The notes: generated by a model from the sequence alone, not told the origin. A stretch of 32,959 bases of DNA from a virus (IMGVR_UViG_3300020045_016384:1-32959), one strand, 5' to 3'. Positions 6,228 to 14,916 are shown, counted from the first letter of the stretch. Numbers and translations: made by a program.

Positions 6228-7717
6228 ATCGGTGTCGCCGGTACAGTCCATCGATTGCCAACCGTATCTCTTAGCTCAATGGTAGTGCCAGTGGAATTTG
6301 TAGGTAAACAGGCATCTAACTGGGCCTTGTTCGGAACATCGGTAGGGTCAACCGCTGGCGCTGCACGCTCAATAATTCGCTGGGTGGTACCATCGCCCAC
6401 CGATACCCGATTAGCGCCTGTAGTGAGTGATCCTTTGCCCAGTGCAACAGAATTTACGTGAGCCGCGAAAGCTTGATAGCCTATGGCAGTAGCATTAGTT
6501 TGTTCTGCATGGGAAGCGGTACCGAAAGCATTTGCCCCTGAATGATCTGCCACAGAAGCGTAGCCGACTGCCATGGTATAGGTACTAGATGCATTTGCAT
6601 TTTTACCTATTGCTACAGATTGTCCCCCAGTACCTTGTGCCGAACGGCCAATGACAACTGAATTGGCCGCATTGCAATATGCTTGATGACCAATCGCAAC
6701 GACATCAGTTGAATAGGCTTTGGCGTAACTCCCCATCGCAACAGTATTATCATAATCTGCTTTTGCGAAAGCACCTGTAGCAGTGGCATTGCTACCCGCC
6801 GCTCTGGAAACAAAACCCACCGCAGTATTGTAGTTTTGCGTAGCTTGCGAATATGGCCCTAAAGCAGTTGACATAGTTCCTGTCGCGTGCGCTTCCCTAC
6901 CACCTGCAAAACTATTTGCACCCGATGCAATACTGTAATAACCCAATGCAGTAGAGAAATTCGCAGACGCCAAAGCTTGCACACCGAAAGCTGAAGATTG
7001 CGCGCCAGTAGCCTGTGAATCTTTACCACCAGCTATTGAATTTACACCAATGGCCTGTGCGTTTTTACCGAACGCAGAAGAACCTATACCTGCGGCTCGT
7101 GAGTACGCGCCGACAGAAACAGAATTTTGACTTTCCGCAGTGGCATACAAACCCAATGCTGTCGAATAGGTGCCAGTAGCAGAAGCGTAGGCACCCAATG
7201 CCGTTGAATATTTCCCACTAGCAATTGACGTTTTCCCGAGTGCAACATTTTCATCTATAGTGAAAGAGCCAACATCCCCGTTGCGACCTTGGAAATAATT
7301 TGACAAATCTCCACCGCCACCACCTGAACCTGGTGGGCCGACCAAGCTAACACCTGAGCCCCAATCACCGGCATTTTTCTGGAACAACGTAACGGCTACG
7401 CGATTAATATAAAAGTTGCCATTGACGCCAAGAGAGTTATCAGGATCAGTGTCACCAAACAACACGGTGTTACCATCAGCACCATCTTGTCCATCAGCAC
7501 CATCAGTTCCGTTTGTGCCGTCCGCACCAGCATCACCAGTGTCCCCTTTTTCACCTTGCGCTCCTTGCGGGCCGACAATCCCTGAAGACAGAATATTTAA
7601 AAATGCCGCCACTTCTTCTGGAAATTCTCCGATATCGTCCAAGTCATCGCCGGAACCAATCGTAATATCCAATAAGTACATGGGAGTTATTTTTGCACCA
7701 ACAAGAAAAAGGCTCAT
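6224..7717 (-). CDS. Tail fibre/adhesin with collagen-like repeat and YadA-type (Hep_Hag) head repeats plus neck motif
   Basis: About 11 G-X-Y triplets, about 20 14-residue repeats of the STALG type, and a neck motif VSVG...RII...DPTDVPNKAQL. No signal peptide and no beta-barrel anchor. Confidence 0.85.
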   Translation of the reverse strand: MSLFLVGAKITPMYLLDITIGSGDDLDDIGEFPEEVAAFLNILSSGIVGPQGAQGEKGDTGDAGADGTNGTDGADGQDGADGNTVLFGDTDPDNSLGVNGNFYINRVAVTLFQKNAGDWGSGVSLVGPPGSGGGGGDLSNYFQGRNGDVGSFTIDENVALGKTSIASGKYSTALGAYASATGTYSTALGLYATAESQNSVSVGAYSRAAGIGSSAFGKNAQAIGVNSIAGGKDSQATGAQSSAFGVQALASANFSTALGYYSIASGANSFAGGREAHATGTMSTALGPYSQATQNYNTAVGFVSRAAGSNATATGAFAKADYDNTVAMGSYAKAYSTDVVAIGHQAYCNAANSVVIGRSAQGTGGQSVAIGKNANASSTYTMAVGYASVADHSGANAFGTASHAEQTNATAIGYQAFAAHVNSVALGKGSLTTGANRVSVGDGTTQRIIERAAPAVDPTDVPNKAQLDACLPTNSTGTTIELRDTVGNRWTVPATPI

Positions 7718-8046
7718 GGCGGCGTCACCGATTTTTCAAGGAAGTAAGTGTAGGTTTTGGAAAAACCTGGCAAGCCGCCTGGGGGAGAGAATCTGATATC
7801 GATTGCAATCTTTTGGCTTGTCAAAATTGCAGTGGTATCAAGCGTATAAAAATACGTGTCATCAGGTGATGTTTTTTTTACAAAGTTACCGACAATAGCG
7901 CCATTAACATCTTCATCGCGAACACTCGATGAAATTTCCCAATCCGTAATATCGGTCAAGTATTCATGTAAACCAGTAAGTTCGTTGAACTTCTTGATTT
8001 TCCCGTAGAGAACAATTTGCTCTCCGATTTTGATTGGACGACTCAT
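7714..8046 (-). CDS. Putative fibre adaptor/attachment protein
   Basis: Beta-rich 110 aa (DITDWEISSSVRD...DIRFS...SKT...VT), coupled directly upstream of the fibre gene. Function is inferred from context. Confidence 0.55.
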   Translation of the reverse strand: MSRPIKIGEQIVLYGKIKKFNELTGLHEYLTDITDWEISSSVRDEDVNGAIVGNFVKKTSPDDTYFYTLDTTAILTSQKIAIDIRFSPPGGLPGFSKTYTYFLEKSVTPP

Positions 8047-8369
8047 GGGTTTTTATTCCTACGTTCTGTTCCAACCCAAGGGGTACCGTCTGCATTTTTA
8101 CCACTAATCCACTGCCACCAAGGCGGTAGATATGGTGTGGTCACAAAAACTAGCGTCAGGCCAAATCTAAAAACGACTTCGTAAATGTTTGGTGAAGTAC
8201 CATGCCATAAATCATAACCGATAATACCTATCGATCCTGCGCCGACAAGTATGAAACCGATTAAACGAAAATTCCAATGCCAGCCTTTTTGCCATCGCAA
8301 ATCATGCGCGCGTGCCAACATAGTTGCTGCAATTATCAGCAAGCAAATAATATTTAATATATAAAGCAT
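8043..8369 (-). CDS. Membrane protein, holin/antiholin candidate
   Basis: Three hydrophobic helices; GGAG RBS; lies in the lysis cluster. Confidence 0.65.
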   Translation of the reverse strand: MLYILNIICLLIIAATMLARAHDLRWQKGWHWNFRLIGFILVGAGSIGIIGYDLWHGTSPNIYEVVFRFGLTLVFVTTPYLPPWWQWISGKNADGTPWVGTERRNKNP

Positions 8370-8372
8370 AAA

Positions 8373-8768
8373 TTACTCCTTGTCCTTTTTCTGTAAAAAT
8401 GGAACACGATCAAGCCAGCTTCCCGACCTGGCAACTTCCGCAAGCCAAGGTAAAAAGAAACGACCGATAAATGACACGATTGTTCCGACAGCGACTTTGA
8501 AGCCCTCGGAAAAAACCATTTTAGGTTGGAAGTATTGGATCACTTCAAACGAAATCGCAGTCAGTGCGCAACCCATTATCACGCATGCGATAAATAAGCC
8601 GAACAACTGACTGCGAGTTTCATTACCTTTTGAAAAACTGAATGCCGCGTAGGTGCCTGCACTACATGCGACCATAACGTTCAATCCGACTCCAATATAG
8701 GCAACGGAAATATCTTTAGTCAATATTGCCGCGCCTATCGGAAGTATCGCGCAAAGAACGTCTTTCAT
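8373..8768 (-). CDS. Membrane protein, holin candidate
   Basis: Three to four TM segments, charged C-terminus (QKKDKE), immediately downstream of the endolysin. Confidence 0.65.
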   Translation of the reverse strand: MKDVLCAILPIGAAILTKDISVAYIGVGLNVMVACSAGTYAAFSFSKGNETRSQLFGLFIACVIMGCALTAISFEVIQYFQPKMVFSEGFKVAVGTIVSFIGRFFLPWLAEVARSGSWLDRVPFLQKKDKE

Positions 8769-8771
8769 CAG

Positions 8772-9425
8772 CTATATCCCCATTAATGTCTTGATTCGTA
8801 ACAACGCTTTCTTGCGGTCAGAATAACCATTGGGTGTGCCGCCTGCGCTGGCGCTGCCAAGATTAACAGCCTTGGAAACGGATAGCAAATCGTCCTTCAG
8901 GGCGTATTTACCAATATCTCCCGAACGCCAATACCAGATTGCAGACAGTAATGCGTCAGGCATGGTGCGCAAAGCAGCAGGGTTTTTCAAAATGCGCAGA
9001 TCGTTATATACAGCCATGCTATATCTTTTCGCATTATCACGGCCAGTTAAATGAAAAACACCAACACCTGCGAAATCATAACCATCATTAATTTCAGTGT
9101 TGCCGAGATTTTTAAATCCCCATTCGCCACCATAAACACAATTGCCAATTGCTTTTACATTGGCCGGTTGCGATGCGCTGCGCCCGTATCTTTTCGCGTC
9201 CTCTTCACTAATCCGATGACGTGCAAAAGTTTTCAGCAAACCTTCAACCGAGTAGTTCAAATTTTCTGCAAACTTTGTGAAGCCTAAAGTTTCCACAGAA
9301 GCTTGTGCAAGAAAGTGAGCTATTTCTAATTTGTTTGTAAATTTTTGCTCACCCATGATGGTTTGAAATTTAATAGCAAAATTTGCTTCGCCCCCTAATT
9401 TAACAATAACGTCTTTAATTTCCAT
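8772..9425 (-). CDS. Endolysin, glycoside hydrolase family 19 (chitinase-like)
   Basis: AHFLAQASVET, ENLNYS, NLGN...DG..F.G.G...LTGRDN, SAIWYW and NGYSDR motifs. Confidence 0.9.
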   Translation of the reverse strand: MEIKDVIVKLGGEANFAIKFQTIMGEQKFTNKLEIAHFLAQASVETLGFTKFAENLNYSVEGLLKTFARHRISEEDAKRYGRSASQPANVKAIGNCVYGGEWGFKNLGNTEINDGYDFAGVGVFHLTGRDNAKRYSMAVYNDLRILKNPAALRTMPDALLSAIWYWRSGDIGKYALKDDLLSVSKAVNLGSASAGGTPNGYSDRKKALLRIKTLMGI

Positions 9426-9436
9426 GATTCGACTCC

Positions 9437-9731
9437 AGGTTTGGGTTTAGGTTTGAGTACGGTTTTTTCAGACTGTCCAGAATAAATATCGTGAAACTAC
9501 TTTTATGAGATTTTATAAAATATAATTTAAACCTCCTATCTATAAATAACTCAAACCTAAACCTATCAACACTATTTTATGTAATATATGTATAAAAAAT
9601 AAGGACTTAGCGTTTTAAACCTTGGGTTTGAGTTAGGTTTGAGTTCGGCAAACTCAAACCTTTTGTGAAAATAAAGCAATAAAATCAATAACATAAAATT
9701 TCAGGAAATAATGAAATTATCAACTCAAACC
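9437..9731. repeat. AT-rich region with six GGTTTGAGT/ACTCAAACC repeats; candidate replication origin
   Basis: GGTTTGAGT at 9450, 9625 and 9636; ACTCAAACC at 9549, 9652 and 9723. Includes a 15-bp inverted pair 9444-9458/9549-9563 and an 11-bp hairpin 9635-9661. Confidence 0.7.
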
Positions 9732-12262
9732 GATGATTTATCCAAAATAGCCCTAATTTCATCGTTATTATCTGAAATACCATTTTTAACCCAAACCGTA
9801 TGAGTCGAATTCCGCCATTTAACCTGTTTTTCTAATTTTGAAAATCCCATCCTGGTCAACATGTGATTTAAAGCAGCACCTTTTGGTAGATCGAACCCAT
9901 CTTGGATAGCTTTAATTTTCATAAAATTGGATAAACAACTGCTGGAAACAACATTTTCAGTAATTCCATGAGCGCCCATCGTTATTATTTGTTGTGCTAC
10001 AGATTCAGCATCATCAACACTGGTTGCCATCATTCTTAAACGTTCTGGTGTCAAAGGTGCCGATGCGTCTTTCTTGAACTCATCACCTATTCGAATTGAT
10101 AACAACCAGGCTCGCAATTCGCCACCACAATTAATGCACGCGTAATCGATTGCCTGTGTTCTTTGTTCCCAGGTTCTCTCATCCAAAGAACATATGTCCC
10201 ACATTTGTTGTAGCGATGCCCAAGGAGTGAATACCACCATCCAACGCCGATCAGTCTTTTCCAATGGTAAGCCGTCATTATGATTCGAGTAGGCGAAATG
10301 GTTTGTCGTGTTGTAGGCCATGTAGCCCACTGAACCTTTAGGATTGATGCTAACAACATTGTTGGTAATAAATTCTTTGGTTGCATTGTAAACCTCGTAA
10401 CGTTTTTTACCCGTAAGCCAAATTTCTTCGATCAAGTTTACAGCAGCGCCAACGGCCCAATCAGTAAAACCGCCGCTATTCATGAGCGTTGCATTGCCTG
10501 TGACTTTAACGTTGCGATAACCCATAGCGGATCGAAGCACGGCACCAGACAAACTTTTACCATCACCAGGTGTTCCTTTAATGATGGGCGACCAGCGAAC
10601 TTTCACGCCAGGCTTTTGAACGTTATGTGCCATCCACCAAAGTATTTGATTGAAGACATCGACCCTTTTTCCACACATATCAAATAAGTGCGCTTGAAAT
10701 TCAGCAATGCCTTTAATACCGGCTTCCGAATATTGTGTTGCTATTTCCGGCAAAGAATTTTCGTTGTAAATGTTCGCGTATTCCAATCCGTCCCACACGA
10801 AATACATGGGCTTATCGGGACGATACGAAACTTTATGCACTGTGCGCATACCCCAACGATGCAAGGCCCACTCCACGGCATTTTCACGAGAGCCGCTATC
10901 TCTGATTGGCATGAGTCTGCCATATTCCGCAATGAACCCCTGGTACGTTAGCTGCGATCCGTTTTCCATATCATAGAAATAGTCACCGTCTTTAACGTAA
11001 CAATGTTTTTGTACCCATAGTGGTGCTTCGTTATTTCCGGAACTACCTTGCACCATTGGTGGACAAACCAGCGCGCGCAATTTTGCCACTGGCAACTTCG
11101 CGTCCCACATGTCCAATTGTTTGTTGATGCTGCGAACAAGTCTTTCGCATAGCGCAGATGGAATTTTAGCATCGCGAATTAAAGGGATCACGATGTTGTG
11201 CATTTCTTCCAGCGTCCCGCAACCAGAAATTTCATCCAGTAATTCGCCGACACGTTTAGTTGTTTCCGCAGAAATAAATTCGCCACTTTTAATTACTTCA
11301 AGTGGCGCTGCATACATTTCAAGTTGTGTTGCGACTGATCGGATAGGTTCTTGGTAAACGTTTTTACAAATTCGACATGCGTTTTGAATGGTTAGCATCA
11401 AGTAGGTTGAATCGCGGCGCGCGCTATCCCATTTCTCACGATACAGACCAGACTTGCGCATTAGCCTGTCGATGCGTGCAACATCGCATCCCGTCCAAAA
11501 GGCAAAGTAAGTGGCTAATGCCGAATCGTTTTCGCTGGTGCTTTCAACTTCACCGTTCCACAATTGCGCGAATGATGCTTTGCCGCCAAATGCCGACTCA
11601 GCACTTTGTTTTGCATTCAATGCACGTTTTATTAATTCGTCATCATCGGCAGGGCCGCGCCACTCAGGACGTGGGCCAATACCAAGATCGATTTTTTCAT
11701 GCGGTGGAAATCGCAGCGCAATTAAATTAGCGACTTGTTGATCGTTAGACCAATCGGCATCACCTATCGCACCATTACCGGAAAATGTAATGGGTTTGTT
11801 CGAGCTATAAAATTCCAAGTGCTGTCGAAGCACGTCATGGTTGCGATGCTCGATAGGCGCGCCGCCCCATTTTCCGATGACGTGTGCGCCGTTACCACTT
11901 GCACTGATTTCCATAAATGCGCCACTGAAAGCGGCAAGCATGCCGGTTGCAAGTTTGTTGAATTGCCCATTCTCAACGCACTGATCCAGATCGAAACACC
12001 AGTAGCCGCAATCGGCAGTGAGCATGAAACCAGGTGCATATTTGAGCGCCGGTTCACTGGGCAGTTTCGATATCGCCCCAATTACAATATCGTAGCTATT
12101 CCAATGAACCGGCAAGCTAGCATCGATCTTATATTTGCTGCCGTCAAGGCCGCATGGGTGCTTCTTGTATCGAGCCTCAGTACCGTCCCAGGTCAAACGC
12201 ATGATAACCCACTGAGGGATCAGCCGGAGGCCACCTAGCGTCATTCCCAGGCTCCCCGCCAC
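9725..12262 (-). CDS. Primase-polymerase/helicase (NrS-1-like prim-pol + helix bundle + SF3/D5-type helicase)
   Basis: FDLDQC...EISASGNGAH prim-pol motifs; DSALATYFAFWTG...DRLMRKSGLYREKW helix bundle; Walker A GTPGDGKS, Walker B LIEEI, SNH and DRRW. Confidence 0.9.
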   Translation of the reverse strand: MAGSLGMTLGGLRLIPQWVIMRLTWDGTEARYKKHPCGLDGSKYKIDASLPVHWNSYDIVIGAISKLPSEPALKYAPGFMLTADCGYWCFDLDQCVENGQFNKLATGMLAAFSGAFMEISASGNGAHVIGKWGGAPIEHRNHDVLRQHLEFYSSNKPITFSGNGAIGDADWSNDQQVANLIALRFPPHEKIDLGIGPRPEWRGPADDDELIKRALNAKQSAESAFGGKASFAQLWNGEVESTSENDSALATYFAFWTGCDVARIDRLMRKSGLYREKWDSARRDSTYLMLTIQNACRICKNVYQEPIRSVATQLEMYAAPLEVIKSGEFISAETTKRVGELLDEISGCGTLEEMHNIVIPLIRDAKIPSALCERLVRSINKQLDMWDAKLPVAKLRALVCPPMVQGSSGNNEAPLWVQKHCYVKDGDYFYDMENGSQLTYQGFIAEYGRLMPIRDSGSRENAVEWALHRWGMRTVHKVSYRPDKPMYFVWDGLEYANIYNENSLPEIATQYSEAGIKGIAEFQAHLFDMCGKRVDVFNQILWWMAHNVQKPGVKVRWSPIIKGTPGDGKSLSGAVLRSAMGYRNVKVTGNATLMNSGGFTDWAVGAAVNLIEEIWLTGKKRYEVYNATKEFITNNVVSINPKGSVGYMAYNTTNHFAYSNHNDGLPLEKTDRRWMVVFTPWASLQQMWDICSLDERTWEQRTQAIDYACINCGGELRAWLLSIRIGDEFKKDASAPLTPERLRMMATSVDDAESVAQQIITMGAHGITENVVSSSCLSNFMKIKAIQDGFDLPKGAALNHMLTRMGFSKLEKQVKWRNSTHTVWVKNGISDNNDEIRAILDKSSV

Positions 12263-12606
12263 CCCATGAAGGTAGTCATGTCAAGCGCGCCCAGACCTGG
12301 AGCTATAAAGTGCTTGCCGTCCCAATGCAAGGTCAGAATGTCCGGCTCAATAGGCTGGAATCGACACTGGTACGATCCTGGCTCAATGGGTCTTGTGTGC
12401 CATAGGTGCCAAGGAGATATGCGCGTGTGGGGCCATTCAATCGGCTTGGTATCTGGGCCGATTTTCTCGAATACCCCATTGAGAAAAGCATGCACGGAAC
12501 CACACTTGTAGCAGCGATCCGGCGTGGGCCGTGACCAGGTAGCTTTCAGGTATTCCGAAAAAATAATGGTGGTACCGCAACGTGTGCATTCATAACTGTT
12601 TTTCAC
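12241..12606 (-). CDS. Zn-ribbon-containing hypothetical protein
   Basis: CTRC...CYKC pairs. Confidence 0.7.
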   Translation of the reverse strand: MKNSYECTRCGTTIIFSEYLKATWSRPTPDRCYKCGSVHAFLNGVFEKIGPDTKPIEWPHTRISPWHLWHTRPIEPGSYQCRFQPIEPDILTLHWDGKHFIAPGLGALDMTTFMGWRGAWE

Positions 12607-13111
12607 AGTTCCACCTTTTCGTCAGTGTCATTGCCAAGCCTGCCGAGACTGCCCCGCCAACGTGTGTCCAATGGGAAACGTCAGGCAGCAAGCCTAGCAC
12701 TTGCAAAATGATTTCGGCAAGTACAAGCAATATCAATAGCACATCAGCACGAATTGGAATATAGAACAGTCGAATTTTGCGCGTAGGAAATAAAACCGCA
12801 TAGCCCGTCATTAGTCCAAACACGACACCGGATGCCCCAATTGCACTAACACCTGGCTGTAATAGTTGTTGAAATGCACCGGCACCGATTGCCATCAGCA
12901 AATAGTATTCGATAAATTTTCTTCGTCCCCAATGTCGTTCAAGCACCATGCCCCAAAAAAATATTCCGATCATATTCACAAGAAGGTGCCAGATATTTAG
13001 GTGAATGAAACTGTATGTAAAAATGTTGATCGGAAACCATCCAATCGGTGGAATGCTCATTATGACGTTTAGTAAAATAATGTACGGCACAAAACTAAAC
13101 TTGTATTTCAT
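12590..13111 (-). CDS. Rhomboid-family intramembrane serine protease (173 aa)
   Basis: FIHLNIWHLLVNM (HxxxxHxxxN), G..LER.WG, catalytic GASG and SHWTHVGG; about 6 TM helices; AAGGA RBS before ATG 13111. Confidence 0.9.
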   Translation of the reverse strand: MKYKFSFVPYIILLNVIMSIPPIGWFPINIFTYSFIHLNIWHLLVNMIGIFFWGMVLERHWGRRKFIEYYLLMAIGAGAFQQLLQPGVSAIGASGVVFGLMTGYAVLFPTRKIRLFYIPIRADVLLILLVLAEIILQVLGLLPDVSHWTHVGGAVSAGLAMTLTKRWNCEKQL

Positions 13112-13412
13112 TTTTAATCCTTTGCAAGCAAGCCAGCAACCAGTCCAATTGTTCAATGGGGAACGCTGCGGCATCGCCATGAGAGAAAATAACAATAGCG
13201 TCTTCGACATTAGCATCAAGCGATACCATGTATTCAAAACCACTGCCATCCGAATAAAGATGTCCGAAACTAAGCTTATCAGCACTGAGAAATGTTTGAT
13301 TCGAGTAGGCGCTGGCCCCGACTTGAGCCGGCGAGCAATTATCACAAAGTTGATTGCCCTGCCAATTTAGCCCGTCTATTTTTATCGAACATTTTCCACA
13401 TTGCATTGCCAT
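13095..13412 (-). CDS. Hypothetical protein with N-terminal Zn finger
   Basis: CGKC...CDNC; start at 13412, just after the previous stop. Confidence 0.65.
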   Translation of the reverse strand: MAMQCGKCSIKIDGLNWQGNQLCDNCSPAQVGASAYSNQTFLSADKLSFGHLYSDGSGFEYMVSLDANVEDAIVIFSHGDAAAFPIEQLDWLLACLQRIKNEIQV

Positions 13413-13413
13413 A

Positions 13414-13593
13414 TCATTGCATCCCGTAAGCATTCAAAGCATCGGCGATCTTTTCAGCGTCTTGCTGCGTATCGCACGCACAGATCGCATGTCCTGGTAA
13501 TTTGCTGAATGCAAGCGCTTGCATAGTGGTGTCGATCACCAACCATTCGCTTAGTCCAAAGAACAATTGTTTCTCATGCACAATGTATCTCAT
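13414..13593 (-). CDS. Hypothetical protein (59 aa)
   Basis: MRYIVHEKQLFFGLSEWLVIDTTMQ...AICACDTQQDAEKIADALNAYGMQ*; AAGGAG RBS and TAATG overlap; not in the ORF track. Confidence 0.75.
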   Translation of the reverse strand: MRYIVHEKQLFFGLSEWLVIDTTMQALAFSKLPGHAICACDTQQDAEKIADALNAYGMQ

Positions 13594-13913
13594 TATTTGC
13601 TCCTTGAATGTTTGCGACTTAGATTTCGCATGATTTGTTTTTGTGATTGATCGCGCACATTTATTGCGTGCTTTTTAAATGTCGCATCTTCAACCATTTG
13701 CTTTGCCATGAGCCCAATAGGAGTAATCTTTTTTCCGTTGACATCTAGTAGTACATCACCATGCATCATTTCGTCAATCATCATGGTATAGGTTGCCCCA
13801 CTCATATGTTGCATAGGGCTAATGTCATACATGAACAGACCATGTTTCCCAAGCAACACGAATTGATACGTCTTTATAGGTACCGTTCTCAAATTTAGAA
13901 ATATAGGCCGCAC
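13593..13913 (-). CDS. Hypothetical protein
   Basis: ORF within the operon; start codon uncertain. Confidence 0.55.
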   Translation of the reverse strand: MRPIFLNLRTVPIKTYQFVLLGKHGLFMYDISPMQHMSGATYTMMIDEMMHGDVLLDVNGKKITPIGLMAKQMVEDATFKKHAINVRDQSQKQIMRNLSRKHSRSK

Positions 13914-13955
13914 CTTTCAGGCTACATATTAATGATTCAAAAAGTTCACGCTCAC

Positions 13956-14147
13956 TCATTTAAATTTCTCCCCTAAGCATTCTTTGGCTTCCAGCGTATC
14001 GCGTAAAAGTTCTATGTGACGTGGCATTTCCACTGCAACGCGAACACCCTTGGCGGTTTCTCTTCCGATAGCCACATGGATTAGTTCGCCACTATCATTG
14101 TTATACAGTGTGAATGTATCGCCTGTTTTATAGTTCAGGACTATCAT
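13956..14147 (-). CDS. Divergent CsrA/RsmA-like RNA-binding protein
   Basis: MIVL..K.GDTF...IHVAI.....GVRVAVEMPRHIELLRDTL follows the CsrA pattern MLILTRR.GE....V.V.V.....QVRIGI.APK.V.VHREEI; 63 aa. Confidence 0.6.
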   Translation of the reverse strand: MIVLNYKTGDTFTLYNNDSGELIHVAIGRETAKGVRVAVEMPRHIELLRDTLEAKECLGEKFK

Positions 14148-14380
14148 GCGACAAGCCCTTGATAAGGTGCCACGTTCAAGTGCGTAGGTTGAGCAACTAC
14201 AAACATGATATCGCCACCAAATTTCAATTCACCATTGGATTCAAAATGTAAAATCTGAGAATTGGCAAGGTGAGCAAATTCGGTTTGCCCGATGTAGATG
14301 CAAACGACTTTTCCAGGGTTATCTGCTTTGACTCTGATCGCACTGAGTCTAATTTGATCGCCCAAATTCATCGCATGCAC
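14144..14380 (-). CDS. Hypothetical protein
   Basis: Overlap-coupled ORF in the operon. Confidence 0.65.
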   Translation of the reverse strand: MHAMNLGDQIRLSAIRVKADNPGKVVCIYIGQTEFAHLANSQILHFESNGELKFGGDIMFVVAQPTHLNVAPYQGLVA

Positions 14381-14883
14381 TCCACGTACACTTCGGCAGC
14401 AAAGTCATCCACAGCACGCTTCTGGTACTCTTCGCTCAAATAGCGCGTGCGACCGTAGGCGATGATAACCATATCTCGCCCTTCTTTACTCTTGGTCAAT
14501 GCGAGAACTTCTTCAATGGGCATGCCTGCTTGTCTGCCTTGCATGATCGCACGACCCATCCTGGTGTACGCTAAGCATAATTCACTATCGCGTTGCACAG
14601 GCGGTTTGGCGAAGCATGCCGTTGAGAAAAGCAACGCGGCAACCGTGAGTAATTTTGCAACTCGTACCAGGCTGTAACGTTTGATCGTGAGTAATTTTGC
14701 AACTCGTACCAGGCTGTAACGTTTGATCGTGTGTTTGATTTTATTCGGCTCGGGTAATGGTGCCACTTGCGAATTTTTTGTTTGGATGGATTGCACGAAA
14801 TAGCGTGCTGAATTTTCAAGTGCTTCAAATCCGCACCCTGTCAATTCGATTTCATTGCCGCGAAAATAAGGTCTATCGTTCAT
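14368..14883 (-). CDS. Hypothetical protein with an internal signal/TM-like segment and a Cys-flanked helical domain
   Basis: GGAG RBS; LLTVAALLFSTACFA at about aa 77-91, followed by C...IMQGRQAG...AY...F.....C. Confidence 0.7.
   Translation of the reverse strand: MNDRPYFRGNEIELTGCGFEALENSARYFVQSIQTKNSQVAPLPEPNKIKHTIKRYSLVRVAKLLTIKRYSLVRVAKLLTVAALLFSTACFAKPPVQRDSELCLAYTRMGRAIMQGRQAGMPIEEVLALTKSKEGRDMVIIAYGRTRYLSEEYQKRAVDDFAAEVYVECMR
14644..14731. repeat. Perfect in-frame 42-bp tandem duplication
   Basis: 14644-14685 is identical to 14686-14727 (+4 nt); encodes TIKRYSLVRVAKLL twice. Confidence 0.95.
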
Positions 14884-14916
14884 GTAACTGTCTCCGACTA
14901 TCGTTAATGTGAAGTC

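Noticed and set aside
4124-7717. Diversity-generating retroelement or invertible fibre cassette
   Set aside because: No reverse transcriptase, invertase, TR/VR pair or flanking inverted repeats were seen in the window.
13112-13345. 78-aa N-terminal extension of the rhomboid
   Set aside because: It overlaps the upstream Zn-finger gene entirely; the RBS supports ATG 13111.
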